This document shows, piece by piece, positions 28,528-32,000 of a DNA stretch of 32,000 bases; position 1 is the first letter of the stretch, and each line of letters opens with the position of its first letter. The DNA comes from Bacillus subtilis subsp. subtilis str. 168 (lineage in GTDB: Bacteria; Bacillota; Bacilli; Bacillales; Bacillaceae). Location: the NCBI RefSeq assembly GCF_000009045.1, contig NC_000964.3, forward strand, positions 1,290,001 through 1,322,000, in the 5' to 3' direction. Position numbers and translations under genes: made by a program. The notes beneath the pieces were generated by a model. It was not told the DNA's origin and ran no database searches. It was given only the letters and a program-made list of their open reading frames with translations.

Positions 28528-28908
28528 TTACATACAAACTGCGGCAAGCACCTTTTGAATATCATAAATGCTTTCATCTTTTTTAAACTGCTTTGAGACA
28601 GCGGGAAGTTCCGCGCCGGAGATCCAAATTTTCAGCTCTGAATCAAGGTCAAAGCGGCCGGCAGTTTCCACGCTGAATCTGGAAATGCTTTTGTACGGAA
28701 TCGATTGAAATTCCGTTTTCTTGCCTGTAATTCCCTGTTTATCTACAAGGATAAGCCGCTTGTCAGTAAAGACAATCAAATCGCGAACCAGCTTAAACGC
28801 GGCTTCAACCTTCTCACCCTCAAGTAAAATATGGGCAAGCTCTTCTTGCACAGCTGCCGTTGACAGTGTTGATGCATTGCCGAGTAATCCATCAATAAAC
28901 CCCATCAT
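28528..28908 (-). CDS. yjqA: PH-domain (bPH)-like protein of unknown function
   Basis: ~125-126 aa; LIVFTDKRLILVDKQGITGKKTEFQSIPYKSISRFSVETAG is typical of bacterial PH domains. Confidence 0.85.
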   Translation of the reverse strand: MMGFIDGLLGNASTLSTAAVQEELAHILLEGEKVEAAFKLVRDLIVFTDKRLILVDKQGITGKKTEFQSIPYKSISRFSVETAGRFDLDSELKIWISGAELPAVSKQFKKDESIYDIQKVLAAVCM

Positions 28909-29010
28909 ATACCTCCTCTGCGTATTCTATCAAATCATACTATAAAAAAGGTTTTCATTCATAGATGAGTAGAGTAAACTGGTGCTGACTGGTAAAGGGG
29001 GGCGTTCAAG

Positions 29011-29613
29011 ATGGAAGATATGTATGACAGCTTTGCGGCCCTTTCTGCTTCTGAGTCGGAGTACCGGATTATTTATGAGGAGAAAAACGGAAGTGAGCTT
29101 ATCGTCCTCGGTCCTCACGGCGGCAGAATTGAGCCTGGCGTCAGTGAACTGGTGCGGGCATTTTCGGATCGATGTTCCATCTATTTGTTTGAGGGTCTAA
29201 AGCAGCGAAACAACCGTTCCTTGCATCTCACTAGCATTCGTTTTGATGAGCCGCTGGCTTTAGAAAAAGTGAATGACCACCATTACGCATTAGCGTTTCA
29301 CGGGTATTATGATCCGAAAATCCCGCATACATTGGTCGGCGGGGCGGATCGTAAAAAAGCCAAGCTCATTTGTGAGCGTCTGAATGAAGCGGGTTTTAGC
29401 GCCGAGCTCACTAATGAGAAAGACCGCCTGGCAGGTGTACACCCAAACAATATTGTCAATCGGACGAAAAGAGAAATGGGACTGCAATTGGAGGTAAGCA
29501 CGGCACAGCGAAATGCGCTATTCCGCAATTTTGGGTGCCGTGATAAAAGCTACATACAAAACGATTTGTTTGATCGATATGTGGAAGCCGTCAAGCTTGG
29601 CTTTTATACATAA
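29011..29613 (+). CDS. yjqB: Poly-gamma-glutamate hydrolase (PghP/YjqB) family protein
   Basis: 200 aa; [24 protein letters not shown]; GGGGGG RBS upstream. Confidence 0.85.
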
Positions 29614-29689
29614 AACTAGACGGGACCTGCACGGTTGGCCTATTCCTTCATACGCTGGGGTTGTGCGAAAGTGTGGGGAGGAATGATTC

Positions 29690-30526
29690 ATGTTTTATCA
29701 TATAAAAGAGCTTCAATATCAAGCAAAGCCAGCTCATCCCGATCCGGTTTATGCGAAAAAACTTCAAGAGGTGCTCGGCGGCCAATTCGGTGAAATTAGC
29801 GTCATGATGCAGTATTTGTTTCAAGGGTTTAACTGCAGGGCGGATGCTAAGTATAAAGATTTGTTATATGATGTGGGGACCGAAGAGATTGGGCACGTAG
29901 AAATGCTGGCAACGATGATTTCCAGGCTTCTGGACAATGCACCCGCGGATGTACAGGAGGATGCTTATAAAAGCAATCCCGCTATTGCAGCAGTCATGTC
30001 AGGGATGAACCCTCAGCACGCGATTGTGTCCGGATTGGGGGCGATGGCATCAGATAGTGAGGGCTATCCGTGGAATGCAAAATACATTATCTCAAGCGGA
30101 AACCTGCTGGCCGATTTTCGCGCTAACTTAAATGCGGAGGCCCAAGGACGCCTTCAGGTGACACGGCTTTATGCCATGACCGATGATCCAGGGGTAAGAG
30201 ATATGCTGTCATTTTTGATTGCAAGGGATACCTATCATCAAAATATGTGGTACGCGGCCATTAAAGAGCTGGAGGAAAGAGAACGGGATATTGTCGTCCC
30301 GACGACGTTTCCGCGTGAGCTCGAAAAGCAGGAAGTCTCCTATGACCTGTTTAACTTTTCCAGGGGAGATGAAAGCTCACAAGGAAGATGGGCACATGGG
30401 GAAGCCTTTGACGGCCGGGGTGAATTCAGGTATATCCCGGCTCCGATTGCGTTCGCATCTGCGCCTCATCTTAAACCGGCGCCCATGTGGCTGCATAATA
30501 CAGTTCCCCCAATGTCGAAATGTTAG
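29690..30526 (+). CDS. yjqC: Manganese catalase family protein
   Basis: 278 aa; GTEEIGHVEMLATMI and QNMWYAAIKELEE, di-Mn catalase ferritin-like motifs. Confidence 0.92.
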   Translation: MFYHIKELQYQAKPAHPDPVYAKKLQEVLGGQFGEISVMMQYLFQGFNCRADAKYKDLLYDVGTEEIGHVEMLATMISRLLDNAPADVQEDAYKSNPAIAAVMSGMNPQHAIVSGLGAMASDSEGYPWNAKYIISSGNLLADFRANLNAEAQGRLQVTRLYAMTDDPGVRDMLSFLIARDTYHQNMWYAAIKELEERERDIVVPTTFPRELEKQEVSYDLFNFSRGDESSQGRWAHGEAFDGRGEFRYIPAPIAFASAPHLKPAPMWLHNTVPPMSKC

Positions 30527-30536
30527 GTTCTCTTCT

Positions 30537-30561
30537 GGGCTGAGGAATATATCCTCAGCCC
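30537..30561. terminator. Strong stem-loop between convergent yjqC and xkdA, possible terminator
   Basis: GGGCTGAGGA-ATATA-TCCTCAGCCC, 10-bp perfect stem; poor T-tract. Confidence 0.6.
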
Positions 30562-30569
30562 GTATTTGA

Positions 30570-31166
30570 TCAGATGTTTTTACCAATATGATATAACGCT
30601 TTTTCCTCAGCGACCTGCAAGTGCTGCTGATCGCCTTCCTCGTACGCATTTGGCCGCTTGTGAGATAATAAATAAGCGAGCCGCTTCTGAAATTGAATAC
30701 CTGCTTTACGCCGTTCAAACATGTCAAGCCTTTTATCAGCAAATTCCTTTGTTACCCGGAATACCGCCGCAATTGTGGCGAGTGCCTGGCTTCTCCATTG
30801 CGGCAGTTCCATCTGCAACAGCATAAAGGTTGGCACACAGAAGTGGTACATAAATTGATTTGCCTGGAATTCCTGAAGCTCTCTGAAGAGCTTGTTCATC
30901 TGAAAATGATTGCCTGCATGCTTTAACACGTGGCACAGCTCATGGCCAAAATCCTCCCATTGCTCTTCCCGTGACTTTTTTTGGTTCAATACGATACTGT
31001 ACATGCCGTCGTATTTCACCATCATGCTCCCCATATCCTCAAAATGCACCCAAATATCCAGATCCTTTGCGATTTTCAGCATGTCAATGTGATGAGGGGA
31101 TGTGATGCCCAGCCGGCCGTATAAATTTTTAACGTATTCCTCCAGATGTGATAAGTAATCGCCCAA
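30570..31166 (-). CDS. xkdA: PBSX prophage ImmA/IrrE-family putative zinc metallopeptidase
   Basis: 198 aa; GHELCHVLKH (HExxH) motif typical of ImmA/IrrE proteins; follows xre in the same orientation. Confidence 0.9.
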   Translation of the reverse strand: MGDYLSHLEEYVKNLYGRLGITSPHHIDMLKIAKDLDIWVHFEDMGSMMVKYDGMYSIVLNQKKSREEQWEDFGHELCHVLKHAGNHFQMNKLFRELQEFQANQFMYHFCVPTFMLLQMELPQWRSQALATIAAVFRVTKEFADKRLDMFERRKAGIQFQKRLAYLLSHKRPNAYEEGDQQHLQVAEEKALYHIGKNI

Positions 31167-31328
31167 TTGAATACTCCCTTTCGAACGTTTGTTCTGTTTT
31201 TAGCGAGAAAGAAAAGCCCGTATAGGACTGGAAGGTAGTGTAGAAATCTTTCCCTTTTCTTTAAAAAATAAACACTTTTTTCTTTATATCGGTCTACTTT
31301 TTATATGTTTTAGAGAACAGAGAACGAT

Positions 31329-31670
31329 TTATTTATTTTTCGGTTTGCGGTTTTTCTCTTTTTCTTTTAAATAGTTGATAAATTCGATGGCCTGCTGTTT
31401 GCTTTCTGGGGAAAAATCCTGCATATCGCGGTATGCAAGCTGCAGGTCCGGATCTGAGAACATATCGTCATCGGATTTTTTGTCTTTCCCCGTTAATAAG
31501 TAATCAGTCGTTACTTGAAAGTAATCAGCCAGCTTTTGGAGTGTGTCGTAATCGGGTTCGCTTCGCCCGTTTTCATAGTGGGAATATCGTGCCCGTGACA
31601 CACCGATGTGTGATGCGATTTCTTCCTGTGTCCTTTTCCCTCTGAGACTCTTCAATCTGCCGCCTATCAT
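31329..31670 (-). CDS. xre: PBSX phage repressor, HTH_XRE family
   Basis: 113 aa from [51 protein letters not shown]; longer upstream start in the track lacks support. Confidence 0.95.
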
Positions 31671-31716
31671 ACTATGACCTCTCTTTTTTAAACTCCCTAC
31701 GTTACTTATGATTATA

Positions 31717-31823
31717 GATACAAAATGTATCAAAATAAAGTTATGATAAAAAAAGTATCAAAAATAACTTGATGATACAGAATGTATCGTTTATACTTGG
31801 TAACATCCGATACAAAATGTATC
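31717..31823. promoter_or_regulatory. Cluster of Xre operator sites in the xre-xkdB divergent region
   Basis: GATACAAAATGTATC at 31717..31731 and 31809..31823, GATACAGAATGTATC at 31771..31785, degenerate GATAAAAAAAGTATC at 31745..31759. Confidence 0.9.
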
Positions 31824-31847
31824 AAAAAAGATCAGGAGAGTGATCAC

Positions 31848-32000
31848 ATGTATCCGATCCAAATCGTTTTTAGTGAAAATCCCATAGATCAGCGCCATCT
31901 CGGACAATCCGGCGGCACCATTTCGTTTACCGCATGCGGCCTTCCGGTGTTTCACTTTGAAACGCAGGAACAGTTTCAAGCATACATGATGTTAAAAGGA
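31848..32000 (+). CDS. xkdB: PBSX prophage early gene, N-terminal part (truncated by window end)
   Basis: Open frame MYPIQIVFSENPIDQRHLGQSGGTISFTACGLPVFHFETQEQFQAYMMLKG...; RBS tcaggagagtg; divergent from xre. Confidence 0.85.
   Translation, partial: MYPIQIVFSENPIDQRHLGQSGGTISFTACGLPVFHFETQEQFQAYMMLKG

Noticed and set aside
31791-31979. 62-aa minus-strand ORF opposite xkdB
   Set aside because: Antisense to the expected xkdB start and its RBS; crosses an Xre operator.
1-32000. Search for CRISPR arrays, toxin-antitoxin or defence islands, transposons and tRNA genes
   Set aside because: Reading the window by eye found no spaced direct-repeat array, transposase or integrase motif, terminal inverted repeats or tRNA-like block. 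The only repeated short elements are the Xre operators and the exu operator-like sites. An exhaustive computational repeat and tRNA scan (for example tRNAscan-SE) was not possible here.

Overview
The whole window reads as an ordinary Bacillus subtilis chromosomal segment. I recognised its gene order and proteins from memory as matching the strain 168 yjhB-to-xkdB region; no database was searched. From left to right it contains: a NUDIX hydrolase (yjhB); a P450/glycosyltransferase pair (yjiB-yjiC); a small zinc-ribbon ORF; a uroporphyrinogen-III-synthase-like protein (yjjA); an ABC exporter pair (yjkB-yjkA); an EamA transporter (yjlA); a cupin (yjlB); yjlC-ndh behind a near-perfect Rex-type operator; and the hexuronate gene set uxaC-yjmB-yjmC-yjmD-uxuA-yjmF-exuT-exuR-uxaB-uxaA, with a 26-bp perfect palindrome and two cre matches. 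These are followed by yjnA, yjoA, yjoB with a SigW-type promoter, the rapA-phrA quorum-sensing cassette, xlyB, yjqA, yjqB, the Mn-catalase yjqC, and the left end of the defective prophage PBSX (xkdA, xre, clustered GATACAAAATGTATC operators, start of xkdB). I found no CRISPR array, transposon, tRNA or rRNA. I did not find a convincing undescribed multi-gene system. The most useful second-look items are the regulatory architecture (Rex, ExuR/CcpA, Xre operators), the xre-xkdA repressor/metallopeptidase pair, an apparently stop-interrupted small membrane ORF upstream of yjiB, and yjmC/yjmD, whose roles in the hexuronate operon are unclear.
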